This document shows, piece after piece, positions 45,700 through 58,705 of a stretch of DNA of 64,000 nt; the first letter of the stretch is position 1; every line of letters starts with the position of its first letter. The stretch lies in assembly GCA_023231475.1 (NCBI GenBank), contig JALJEE010000763.1, positions 62,001 through 126,000 of the forward strand, in the 5' to 3' direction. The notes below the pieces were generated by a model. The model ran no database searches, was not told where the DNA came from, and worked only from the letters and a program-made list of their open reading frames with translations. Made by a program: the position numbers and the translations under genes. The DNA is from Seison nebaliae (taxonomy: Eukaryota).

Positions 45700-48444
45700 A
45701 TTTTCATCATTTTCTTTTTCAATAGTTCATATTTATTCAATTTTGCACATACTATTTCTTCCCACCAAAGTTTAGTTGGTAAACAGTTTTTTTATTTTCC
45801 TAATATCATCCCCTCAATTTATGTAAATAAAGATCAATTTGAATGAATTCTAATTTTTTGGCAATTGTTGAATAACTCTCCAAAATACTGTGTATAATCA
45901 GTTAAAAATAGAATTGACTTGTGGACGTCATTGACTTAAACTATATTCGTGGTCTATTTTATCCCTAATATAATGTATTTTTGAAACCTCAGGACATCCT
46001 ATTAAATTCTTTCGCAAAGAAAAAAAAATAGAAAGTCAACGAGACTGGAGAGAAATTTTTAAGAAATAATTTCTTCGTAGATATTAATTTGATAATTTGA
46101 TTACCATCAAAACTATGTTCTTTCAATAACATCCTCTGTCTCACAAAAAGAATCATTTACTCCTGTGATGATCATGATCTTGGATGACGTTTTTCAGAAC
46201 TGATTATGATATCATACATCTAGAAATTAGAGACTCATCATTAATTCATTAATTCAGACATAATACTTACTAACAGTAAGTCAATAGGAAGAGGAAGATG
46301 TTCTGGTTGTCGGATAATTTTAATTCATAGGACATTGTATCCAGATATCTATCATTTCTCACATTTTATTCAAGATCGATCTGTATGGAATGACGATATA
46401 CATACACCTCAAACAAAATTTCATGAATGTCTAGTAATTACGTAATTGTTCAGCATCATTCGCAAAGGCTTTTTTCACATTATCTAACAAGAATTATCTG
46501 TAAGTATCATTGCTTAGTGGACAAATTTAAATTATCACATCTTCAATATCATCAACAACTATGAAATACAAATTGTTCATGAATAATTGATTTCGTTCCC
46601 GTAAGGTAAATAAGTAACGGTGGCATCTCAACTTCCATCTAAACTTTTAGATAGACACTGAACGGTTCGGTGGATCAAATCTCGTTTTATCTGGCATTTC
46701 CTCATGATTTTCATGTTTCCAAATGGCGGTTATAGCAAAACTTTTCCACAATTTCTGAAATTGTTTCCTCATTGTGTCTTAACAAACCAACTTGTGCTCT
46801 TAAATCAGTTTTTCATAACATTTTTGTATATTAACTAAAGGAGTATGCTAAATTATGTTGCACACGATTAATTAAGAATTTATTAATTAATTAATTTAAC
46901 ATTATCATTAAACGTAATTACGAAATTTGAGATGATCTTATAATCATGCCTGTGTATGTTAAGTATATTCCTTTCCTATAACAATTTATTTATTGTAAAT
47001 TTTTTTATGAGTATGAACCCCTTAAACTTTCGTTTTCGTATTCAGTTATGTTTTTTTTTCGGGAGGAAAGTAAGAGGATATATACTGCTATCATTGTTTA
47101 ACTTAAACATTTCTCTTTCCCTAACGCTTAAATTCTTCATTCTGAATTTAAAAAACAAAATTAATTTTTTAACGAATTATTCCATAATATTTTTTATTGA
47201 TGATCGATTGAAAATTCCCAATTTGAAAATAACTTGGGAAATTAAAAAGAAAGTTTGTTTATTATTTGGCTGTGGAATTAAAATAGATGGAAGGTGTATT
47301 GACGAGAAATGACAATACGAAATTGAAGCGGAGAGATGAATGTTTGAATTTTAACCTTTATTCTTTCTTGTACTCTTTTTAGAAATGATAATAAATTATA
47401 GGTTATTTATTTAAATAAAAACGATAATAAGCTGACATGCATACATAGACATACAGAAGATACATAATAAGGTAAATAATGAAAAATAGAGAAATAAATA
47501 AAGTTGAATAAATAAAATAAATTAAATGAATGAGAAGATCATACGGTAACACAATGAAGTAGTAAGAAAAATAATAAAATAAATTTTATGTAGTCAGCAC
47601 AGACAGATGGAAAAGAGAAGAGAAATCTATTAAATATTCACGTCATTCACAATAACCAATTGAATGATGTTGATGATGAGACTGATGAGTAAAAATACAA
47701 AAGTTTATTTGTACATCTCTAACTTTAGAGAATGAGATGTGCACGTAAGATTCTTAGTGAAGATATCGCTATCTTCTAAAAAATGAAGAATTCCACTTTT
47801 AGCTTATTTATATGTTTTTCCCGAACGCTTACTTTATTCTGTTCTTGTTATTAATTATGTATTGAACTGTCCATTTCCCTGATGTTTCTTTCTCTTTTAT
47901 GATTCGTTTTCGATCTATTAATATTGATTCGATTATGAAAATAACCATCGATAAATAATCTATGGAATTCATTTAAGACATATGACATGACACACAATTG
48001 ATAATTGATGGAATGTTGATGGGAATACATCAATAATGAAGAATATATGATGAGATATTGAAATAAACTTCATTCTATTTTACACTTATCATCCTCATTT
48101 TCAATAATGTAACAACAACAGTTGATATTGGAATAAATAAGCAGAATTTCCACAAGAAAATTGCAATATATTTGCATTCGAATAGCATTTGTGCAGATTA
48201 ATAAATTCCACCTACTCGTCCATCTATGGATGTTTTTATAACATAAATTCTTTTTTTCGCTCATTGTTCTTCCGATCTTTCTATTCTTTCAAATCTTCAC
48301 AAAAACAATTTCATAAATTTCTTCCTTTTGATGAATGTCTAAACAGAATTTGAATAATTGAACTTTTTTGTAAAATATTTTCATTTCAATCCATCGCTGA
48401 ATCGATTGTTCTTCGTTTCAGAAAGTTGGTAACAGTCCATAATA

Positions 48445-51400
48445 ATGAAAAGGTCTAACCCAAAGAAACCGCCACAAATTCCGAAAGGACGAACTTCTGA
48501 TCGAACGAACGATGGTGATACAGAAAGCATATCATCTTCATCGTCATCTAATCGCCATTTAACTTCGTTCCCAAAGAATGACCGAGAGCATGGTGGTAAC
48601 AAAGAGAATTACTCCATCGACATTAATCCAGTCCGATCTTCAACCGTAACTCTCACCACTACAACCAACTCGTCATCAACGTTATTGGGAAACAAACCCA
48701 AATCATCGATGAAATGTAGTAAAAGTAATGTGCAAATGAATGTTTCCTTCACTGACAGTGGAATTGCAGTTGAGAATGTTGAATCTTCGGAAATAGGAGG
48801 CGGACATGGACCTGATGCTTTAGCGTCTCTAATGAATGAGAAAGTTGCTTCAGTTGCTAATCAGATTTACCAGGAATTAGATATGATTATCAAGAAATAT
48901 GGTGAAGATGCTGCCAAGAGTATCATGCCACATATCGTCACGGTTTTAGGTTGGATTTTTTATATTTCTCATTTCTAATGATCCAAATTTTCAGAACAAC
49001 TTGATTATGGTTATACGTATAAAGAAGAATTAATAGCTGAATTGGAATTGTTGAAAGATGATAATGAACAATTGTTGACACAATATGAACGAGAGAAGAA
49101 GCTCCATAAGGAATCAAATCAGAAGTGTTTCCAAATCGAAGATGAACATATTGAGAAATTGAAGAAAATTGAAGATGAGAAGCAAAAAATCGATAGTCTT
49201 CTCAGAATTTATGAATTAAGGACAAAAAATGCTGTCGATCAATTGACTCGACAAGAGGATCGTGAAAATGATTTGAAGAAAGAAAATAGTAAATTATATG
49301 AACGATATTCCGAAGTTTTCTTTTCATTAACAATTCGTTCTTTTTTTCTAATTAATTAATTCATTATCATCATCAGCTAATGAAGAATCATATGGATTAT
49401 ATGGAAAGAACGAAAATCTTATTTGGGACAGATAGACTAGAGAATATAAATTCAGCTTTATTTCTCCAAATGAATGCGAAAGCTCGAAGAGAAAACAATA
49501 TGGCAACTAGTATGATGCAAACTTTAGATCATAAATCACCATCAGATGGTGAGAAAACTGATGATGAGTTTCTACTTTCGTCTTTAAACTCTCAACTAAT
49601 TTTTATTCGTCATTTCATATCAATTTTGTTGTTATTCCATTAGATCACCCAATAATTTTGGAGGAAAAATGACTTTGTCGTTCAATGCGGCAAATTTATC
49701 TTTAAATGATGAAATGAATTCAGAACGTGACATGATTGCTGGTGCAGCTGATCGAGCTGCAGGGAGAGGTGAATTTGGTTCTTCAACAGGTATTGGCTCT
49801 ATTTTTTTTCAATTATATTTTTTCGATTCTTTCTGTCTTCATTTTAATCGTTAAACTGGGAACAGTGTTTTATTTCTTCTTTGCTTCTAATGTTAATTTA
49901 TTTTTGAATTCGTTTCTCTCGTCTATTGGGAATCGAAATTTTCTTTCTAACAAACATCTTTTAACTTATTCTCCTCATTCCTGTAGATAGTGATAATGTA
50001 GCGACTCAAACAAGTCTTGAGTTCTTAGGCACATCATCTACAACACATCATCATAATTCTTCTAGCGTCACCTCAGCACAATGCTTTCGCACACCAAGTG
50101 TTGAAACAGTTAGCGATGGTGAGTCTCAGGAAAATGAATTTCCAATCTTTTGAATGATTTGAATGATATTTCCTTCGATTGTGTTATTTGTGAATAATTT
50201 TGTCGTGCACCTGCTTTCCCCTTTAGCTTCTCTGTTATGACTTTATCTTTCTTACTTATCTTATATTTCGTCTGTGAACAGTCTTTCACTCTCCCATGGA
50301 ATTATTTCCATTCACTTTAGATCTGAAAATAATGATCTGAATAAATGATATCTTTAAAAAAAGAAAAGAAACAGAGAATTGAATAGAAATGAGAGAATAT
50401 TTGGGATTCTTAGTTTTTTTGGGGGGAAATATCAACGTTTCATAAGCCAAATTGACCGGAAGATAAATTTTTTGTCAAAATATTCCTCGTTTTATTTCGT
50501 CATTTTGTTTTCTCATGTTCAGGTCTGTCGCAGCCACTTTCGATGAAGAACGATAGCGCTATGTTGACGGCACAGGCTCTCTGTATGCAGAGGCGCAAAG
50601 AGCTCCATTCACGATATCTTCCAGCAGCAACGGCGTCCCGTCTTCTCTCTTCATCTAAAACTTTACCGAATATATCAGCAACAACATCATCGAATCCTTC
50701 CAACCAATCCACCTCATCATTACAAACAAGTTCGCTAATCTAATCTATATTAAGAATTGGAAAACGACTAATTTTCCTTTTTACTCGGATGTTCTCTATC
50801 TTCTTCCCATGCCATCATAATCTCCTTTAATTATTTTTCATGATTAATTCCAATCGATTGACGAAAGACGATACTCTAAATTATCATCGATTTTCATTTC
50901 TTTCTCATTCTTATTCTCCTCCTTTCTTTTCTTATGAAGAATATTCATCTAGAAATTCGGATGAGAAGAATAAATGGGATTCATCTGAGACAAATTTGAA
51001 CGGTGAGATTACACATTGTTCAATGGATAATATCAATGAAGATGATGAGAATGATTTTAATCCCGACGATGATGAAGAAGAAGATAGTCATGCTTCAACC
51101 ATTTCTGGTCCAAATGGTAATGATTCTCTGGCATACAACAATTCGATCAATTATTCGGAAGAGGCAGCACTTTTCGATTCAGCAGCAAATGATTTTGAAC
51201 AACATTTTGGTGGTATTGATTCAGGTTTCTCTTTCAACAATTTCATTAAGTTAAAAAAGTATTCAAAAGATTAGATTAAATTAGATTAGTTGATTTAAAT
51301 TAAAAGTAAATCTCTACGGACAAGTAAAAAAGAAAAAAATAGTGTTTCGAAAAAAGAAACATTGAAAGTGCTTCATACTAAATATTCGTATTTCCTAATT

Positions 51401-54400
51401 TTGTTCCAAATATCTGAATGAATGATATGTTAATATGCATGTTTTCTTCTCGTTTTCTGTCCCTCCCCCGTCGTCTTGAGCGAATGAATGAAATATACTG
51501 TAAATTGCTTGAATTTGTGGTTGATGAAAATGCGCTAAAAGAAAGAATTTTTTATTTCCTCCTACATATATTTACTCTTTTAGTGGATGAAAGAGCAACA
51601 TATGATGATGATGAGTTAGTCGTTTTTCTTCCTATAATCTAAAATCATAATAAATCTTTCTTCAGTTTAACAATTTCCGTCACAGAAGAAACGGATCTTA
51701 CAAAACAAAATAATCCAAAATCTTTATTCTCCGAATTTCAAGAAGTAAATGAAGGGAACTTATTAGAGATCGGTGATGCAGATATCACAGGTTATTCATT
51801 ACTATTAATCTGCTTCTCTTAATTACATCATATCGCTTATTTGCTATCTTCTAATATCAAACGATTATTTTATGAAATAATTATCTATTTAAAATCGTTC
51901 ATCAAATTCATAACTTCATCAGCATATTCTGGTTTGTTCAACAAATTTTTTTATAAATCTATTTTAGTTCTCCCATATCTGGTGCTAACATGTTTCTTTT
52001 TCTCTCATCTATTGTTTTGATGTCAATGTGAATGATTCGTTATTAACCAGAATGATAATTCCTTTGAATTACTAAAAAAGTCAGTTAATCTCAACTGTTT
52101 TCGTCCTTAAATTTTCCTATGAATTTTTCGTCCTGCTTTATCGTGAAAATATTATATTGGTGAATGAGATGAATGTAAATACTAACTGTCTAATAATTGA
52201 GTGTGTGAATTGTTAAAGTGGAAATATTTAACTTTATTTAAAAGGAATGTCGAGAGAAATCGAAAATATGATCAAAGAGAACAGTGATCTATTGGAAACA
52301 AAGTTTTATTCTTCTTTTTCAATTGAACAAATTCATAAAATATTTGTAGAAATGCATTAAATATTGTGAAAGATGATCTCATTGCGAAAGTAGATGAGAT
52401 GACAACGTTCCTCTTAATTCTAATTCAATTCTTCTTATTCTGACCTTTTTTTTTAGCGAAATCGAATTACTACAAACCAATCTTCACAGTTCACAAGCAA
52501 CAAAGAATAAATTCCAAATGCGAATTGGAGAATTAGAATCAGAAATGAAAGAATTAAAAGAAGAGATGAAGAAAATGAAGAAATCTACTGATGGGAATGA
52601 TGATGGTTCCGATTCCGATGATGATGTTATTTCTTTTCTATCCTTAACCTTTTATGTTGGATAATGAAAATATTGGACAGAATGTACATTCGAAGAAACA
52701 TTTCACTCGATCGGAAATGGTTCGAGTATTGACTGAAAGAAATAAATATAAAGAAAAGTTTATCGAATTACAAGAGGCATGGAATCTAACAGAAATGATG
52801 AGGGCGTCAAAACTCGATTCGATGATGACAAAAGAAGCGACGAGATTGCGTCAAAACCAAACGTCTAATCTCAACAACAATAATGTATCGAATGGTAAAA
52901 AACCAACGCTCATCAATAGATTGTTAATTTTTCCTATGGATTTTCTTAACCATTTCGATTTGTGATTCAGTTTTTCCGGTTTATTTGGAGCATCTAAATC
53001 CACCACTTCCACCACTAATAATTCCAATGGCAATCGAGTTGTTAGTGTCAATTCGTCTCGCGGTTTCAGCAAAAGTCTTCGACGACGTGCTGAAAGTGCA
53101 GGACCAGGTCAACATTTACAAACTCAGAAATTGCAACGAGCGTCACTTAATACGATGAGAGGATTACAATCAACATCTCATCAATCTCCATCTTCATCAA
53201 TGTCGATAGTTGCAACTCCATCATCTGATTCATCAGTCAATTCAACAAGTAAAACGAAATCTTTAGATTTGCGTCGTCGTGAACAATATAATACAGTGAA
53301 AGCTCATGTAAAAAAAGATGTTGATGGTCGAATTCAAGCATATGGATGGTCACTACCAAGTTCGAATGACTTAATCGAAACAATATCGAATAATAATCAA
53401 CAGAATGTGGATAAGCGAATTAATGGAAATAATTCTCCCACTCAAACATTAAGAGAAACGAATAATATTACCGTTCCAGTACCAACATATTGTATTCCAC
53501 TCGAATTAGATTCATCAAGTTTCATGATGGAATCCAGATTAGCAGCTGCTACATCAATCGATTTGAATGGCGGTCTCACCAACGATCTCCAAACTTATAT
53601 CGATTGTGGTTCAAAACTGATTCGAAAGAGAAGAACATCTTTCCATTCAAATATTATTCCAAATAATAACATTCCTGTGCCCGATCTCAACAATATGACC
53701 ACATTGGCATGGTTCATTTGTCAAACGAAGGAACATAAAGAGAATTCTATATGTGATTCCCGATGTGTCATTCTTGATACGGTAAATCCGAATAAAATTA
53801 TTGATAGTTTTAAATTAACACCCAATTCTTCAGTACAAGTTATTGCGAATGTACGAGGAGTTCAACTGAATGATTTCCTTCCATTATCATGTGATGATTT
53901 GCAACAATTACTACTTGATATAACTCACATTTATTTGAAACATTTCATACCATCTTCTGGTTATTTTTCCTTTAATTATCTCTTTTTTCTTCATAATATC
54001 TTTTAAGAATTAAAATTGGAAAATCTTGTACCAGAAATGTTAACAAACACATCCTCTCAAAGATCATCAACTTCTTCGGACTTTTCTGAAATTTATGGAA
54101 CTAAAGAAAATTATTTTAATCATCTTCTTACTTTGTCCACCGTTTGGATTGGTACTCAAGATAATAAGTTTCTATTTATTCTATTTTTTATTCAATTTCA
54201 CATTACTCACATTCTCCATAGAATACTTATCCATTCGGCGATTCGTAGTCGTTCTCAACCGTTAGCTGTAATAACTCTTTCTGCTCCAATCATATCAATG
54301 TTGTTGGTAATTTGTATAATAATCAAATTTTTAATAAATCTTTTATTAGACATTTTCAAGGAAAAATGTTTATCGGTTTGTCTAATGGAACGATAGTTGT

Positions 54401-55557
54401 ATTTCAACGAATATTGAATGAAGAAGATGATTCTGTTGATAAAAACGGTGAATTAATTCAACTATGTAACGGAGCTTGGGATCTTCGTTCTCATCTGACT
54501 ATCGATATTTGTGAATTCGCATTTCAAATTGTCTCAAAAAAACGTGACGACAATCGAGAAATGACAAAGAAACGACTTCCTATTACATGTATAATGGCCG
54601 TTCAAAATAATTTATGGTGTTCTTATAGAAATTATATTTTCATTATTAATCCTTTAACATTGAAAGTGATTGTTAGAAGATTCATTTTTTTCCATTTTAT
54701 TCATTCCATTCCAAGCATTACTTTGAAGCACATCCGAAAAAAGATGCTCAAATTAAATCTCTTATATCGAGCAATGATGGTGTGTGGTTAAGTATGAGAT
54801 TAGATTCAACACTGAGATTGTTCCATGCTCACTCCTATCAACATTTACAAGATATTGATATCGGACCTTTCATCACAAATATTCTTGGTAGGAAATTTTT
54901 ATGTTTATAAATTAATTTTTTTTATATTATTTTATTAGGAACCAATCGATTAGGTCTTTCATTAATTCGAGTGTCGACTATGATGGCGGCTGATAATCGT
55001 CTTTGGATTGGCACAGTCAATGGTGTCATACTCAATATCCCATTAGTTGGGAAGGAAAACGTGATAAAAGGTTCAAATTAACTTCTTTTAAATTCATTTT
55101 TCAACGAATCATTCTTTCAAAGATTCCGAATCAATTTCTTCTGAGAAAACAGAACATTTAATGAAATTAGACAAAGGAGAAAGAATTCCATTTATTGATA
55201 TGAATAATGCTCAATTCTCATTTCATGGTCATCGTGATGTAGTGCAATTTTTCGCTCAATTCAAAAGTTAGAAAGACTCATAACTATTGGTGAGCAATTC
55301 ATATTTCAATTGCAGCAGAAATCATTGAATCGACATCTGAACATTATCTGATACTGTCGGGAGGTCAAGGACATATTGACTTCCGAGTTGGAGATGACAA
55401 GAAAAACAAGAACAATCAGTTAGAGAAAGTTAATGAAGAGGAATCTGATAACAATGAAAATAATACTTTGCCCTCATCATCCACATCATCATCTACACCA
55501 AAAACTCATAATGGTAATCAGAGTCATATAATCATTTGGCAGATTAATACCAAATAA
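48445..55557 (+). CDS. MAPK8IP3: JNK-interacting protein 3/4 (UNC-16 / Sunday driver), about 21 exons
   Basis: RH1 (MNEKVASVANQIYQEL..II.KYGE), LLTQYEREK, leucine zipper II (GMSREIENMIKEN..LLETKNALNIVKDDLIAKVDE), RH2 (FTRSEMVRVLTERNKYKE), DGRIQAYGWSLP and a WD40-like C-terminus ending SHIIIWQ. Confidence 0.95.
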
Positions 55558-55967
55558 AAATGTCTTCGAGGACAATCATATTTAATTGCTTATACCAATT
55601 ATTCCCTTACTTCTCTTTTCATTTCTTATTGTATTTGTAACTGTCTCTGTATATGATCTTCACGACAGCAAATTCTATTCAATTAGTTTTAACGATATTT
55701 CATCATATTTTCATTCATTCAACGTACAACATAACGTGGCATTACATAAAAATATATGAATAACTTAATTTATTTTCTTATTTTTGTTTCTTTTTTCCTA
55801 AAGTCATTAAATGTTATTCTTCGGATTCTCCTATTTCTTTAATCGATTTCCAACATGTTTAAAAAGAAAACAAATACTTGTAAAATAAGATAAATACAGA
55901 AATGTAAAAATTTAAAGAATTAGTGACTAAAGTTGTACGAATTCGTTAATTAAATTCATAAAAGAAA

Positions 55968-56268
55968 ATGTTTTCAAAGTTCGCGCCAAATTATCAGCAA
56001 ATATTTGATGAAACACCGGTGAAAGGTATTCCTGATTGTTAGTCAGCATTTTCATCGACGTCGAATTATAGTTCTTTTAGATAGTCGAGCAAAACATGTA
56101 CAATCGGCAGAGTTAATGAAAAAAAGTGAAGTTTCGCTCAAAAAACCGGAAAATTATCCAACTACTGTTGATTATGGACAACGTCGATCATCTCTTGACT
56201 ATAAAATGAAGAATAAATCGGAACTAGTAAACGATACTGCTGCTACGAGGAAACGTCTCGTTAGTTAG
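55968..56268 (+). CDS. Hypothetical 81-aa protein, two exons (intron 56026-56080); missed by the ORF track
   Basis: ATG 55968 MFSKFAPNYQQIFDETPVK, a 55-nt GTATTC...TTTTAG intron, then an in-frame exon DSRAKHVQSAELMKK...QRRSSLDYKMK...RKRLVS*. No homology recognised. Confidence 0.5.
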
Positions 56269-56289
56269 AAAGAATTTGATTGATAAACT

Positions 56290-58705
56290 TTATTTCTTAT
56301 AGTATAAAAGAGAATTATATGATCGAATGAAACGAAGACGTTGTTGTGTGGTAATCTTCTCTATTCTCATCATTGTATTTGGATTATTGTTTATAATTCT
56401 GGTAACATTCATCGGTTTGGCGTTGAATGGGAAGGGCCCATTTGCATTAGCTGCGTCCGCCATCAAAAACGGATAAATTAAATTATTTCCTTTTCAAACG
56501 ACAAATTCTGCTTATTGACAATAAAAACACTTCTCTAATTCATGGAATGATTTCATTAATTTTGATGAATTATTCATTGTAAGTTTCGTGAAAGAGAAAG
56601 AGATAAATAAAAATAAAGGAAGAAATTATGAAGGAGAACCTGATTGAATCGGAGAGGAATGTGTATAAGATTGGATTGATAGCACTATTAGCATAGCCGA
56701 GTACTTGACAGAAATGTTTCAAATTGATAAGTAAGGAGATGTTGGCATAGAACATGGCAATGAAATTGAATAGCCAATAGGGTAACCAACACGTTATGTA
56801 AACGAGAATGACAGTAAAAGTAGTTTGGGTAACCTTCCTTCGAGCTTTCTGACGATTTCTTAACGATTTCTCTAAAACGATATTTGTATATTTGACGTTT
56901 TGCTCATATTTTTGTAAATTGGCTCGTCGATGCGAATCGGTTATTACTTCTATTGATTTTTTTGGTTTATTATCGATAATTTCATTTTCCAGAGGAGGAG
57001 AACGATCGAAAGCTTTATGGAAAGTACAAGGAATGATATTAAGTTCATTTGAGTTCGTGTTTTCATTCTCATGAATGGAAAGTTGTTCCTTAGACGCATG
57101 TATCGGTGTTTGATTTGGTGTCTCTACAAATTTCGTAGTTGTAGTAGCATTCTCTTGTTGAGTAGCGGATGATTTGATGATAGAAGGTACATTCTGTTCT
57201 AAATATACATTCCCATCCGTTCCATTGAAATTGAACTGAGCAAATACATTTTTAGGTGAACATGAAACATTTACAGTTCGATAATCATTATTACTGACCG
57301 AAATACTCTGAGTATGATTTGGAAACGGATAAGAGAATTTCTTTTGAATCCATTTCATCAAAACCGTTTTCTTAAAGAATGAACAATCATTTAATCTCCA
57401 TAAGAATTTGCGAAGATGTTCATTTCGACTATTTATTGGATGATAATAACGATAATATAAATAATGATTCATATTGAATGTACGATTTCTAATGATTTGA
57501 CTGTTGGAATAATGGAAATAATTACATTTCCTTATATCAGATGTCGACTGTTCGCTACTGCAATTTGACCTTCTTCCTTTATTAGAATGATCTGTAATTA
57601 ATTTCTTCATAATCATCATCTCCCATTTCCGGTTGATGAAACAAATTTTACGGACAATTCGCCAATAGAGAATTGTGATGCAGAGCACAGGAATTATATA
57701 ACTAACAATGGCGTTGTAGACGACAATGAATGTTGCACGATGGAATTTTAACTGATTCCACATGAACAATTGACAGGAGTCAATTCGATGAGAATTAAAA
57801 CGACGTTCAATATGAATTGACGTCAAATTATATGGAATGAATTTCCATTCAAATTTCTTCCAATAGATTGATGTTGTGTCATGTTCGAAATTATTGTGAG
57901 TTATATTTCTACGTCCATTATATAAATTAATCAAAAGATTAATCATCATATAAGGATCGGTTGAAATGTGACGATAAATGAAATTATTCAAAATTGTTTG
58001 ATCGCTTCTCTTTAATAGATAAAGATACTTCAGCATAATTGATTCATTATCCGAATTGGATGATAACGTTCCAGTTGTCGGTTTTATTGATGAGAATCGA
58101 TTTAAAGCATCTTTGAACAATTCTCCATAAGTTGATCGATTCCATAACGTTAGTTGTGGAATTGCACGAGCGAATACTGATGTTGGTAATGAAACGATCA
58201 CAGACAAGAAGATACTACAAATGATAATGATTCTCGCTCGACAAACACTTCTCAATCGGATGGATGCGGCCGAGTGACAGACGGCCAAGTATCGATCAGC
58301 TGCCAACAGAACGAGAATGAAACTTGAAGAAAATTGATTCATATTAGAGACGATGTAATATGTTGTACAAATTATCGCTCCAAAAGGCCATCCTCCGATC
58401 AATATCGTTACCACATTGAATGGCATCGATAAGATGAAGAAGAAATCGACAAATGCCAATCCGAGAAAATATTGATTTGAAACTGATTTCAATAACGATC
58501 TCCCACAAAGTGTTATCATAACGAATATGTTAGCAAAGAATCCAAAGAAGAAGATAACACTAAAGAAAGTAATCAAAAAGTATTTCCAAAACAAATTGGG
58601 ATGTAAGAGTAAATCAGCTGATACGACTGTATAACTGGAATCAGTATCGGAAAGTAATTCATCTTCCTCCTCAAGTGCTCCAATTGGGAGAGTAGTGATA
58701 TTCAT
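56290..58705 (-). CDS. Class A peptide GPCR, somatostatin/allatostatin-C/opioid-receptor-like; introns 56535-56639 and 56451-56499
   Basis: GFFANIFV, LAFVD, WPFG..IC, NQFSS...L..ADRYLAVCH, CWLPYW and YANSAINPILY.FLSD. Two GTT introns restore helix 8 (IREVFLLSISRIC) and a C-terminal tail. The exact 3' end is uncertain. Confidence 0.88.

Noticed and set aside
45700..48400. Short broken frames around 46100-46800 and the ORF 46956-47312
   Set aside because: No recognisable motifs, terminal repeats or coherent splice model. Treated as intergenic.
56026..56034. GTATTCCTG donor resembling a U12-type 5' splice site
   Set aside because: It does not match GTATCCTT and no U12 branch motif (TCCTTAAC) is visible.
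56290..56500. Apparent Euplotes-like +1 frameshift (AAA-TAA) extending the GPCR tail into a downstream ORF
   Set aside because: A 49-nt GTT...CAG intron (56499-56451) joins the frames without recoding.
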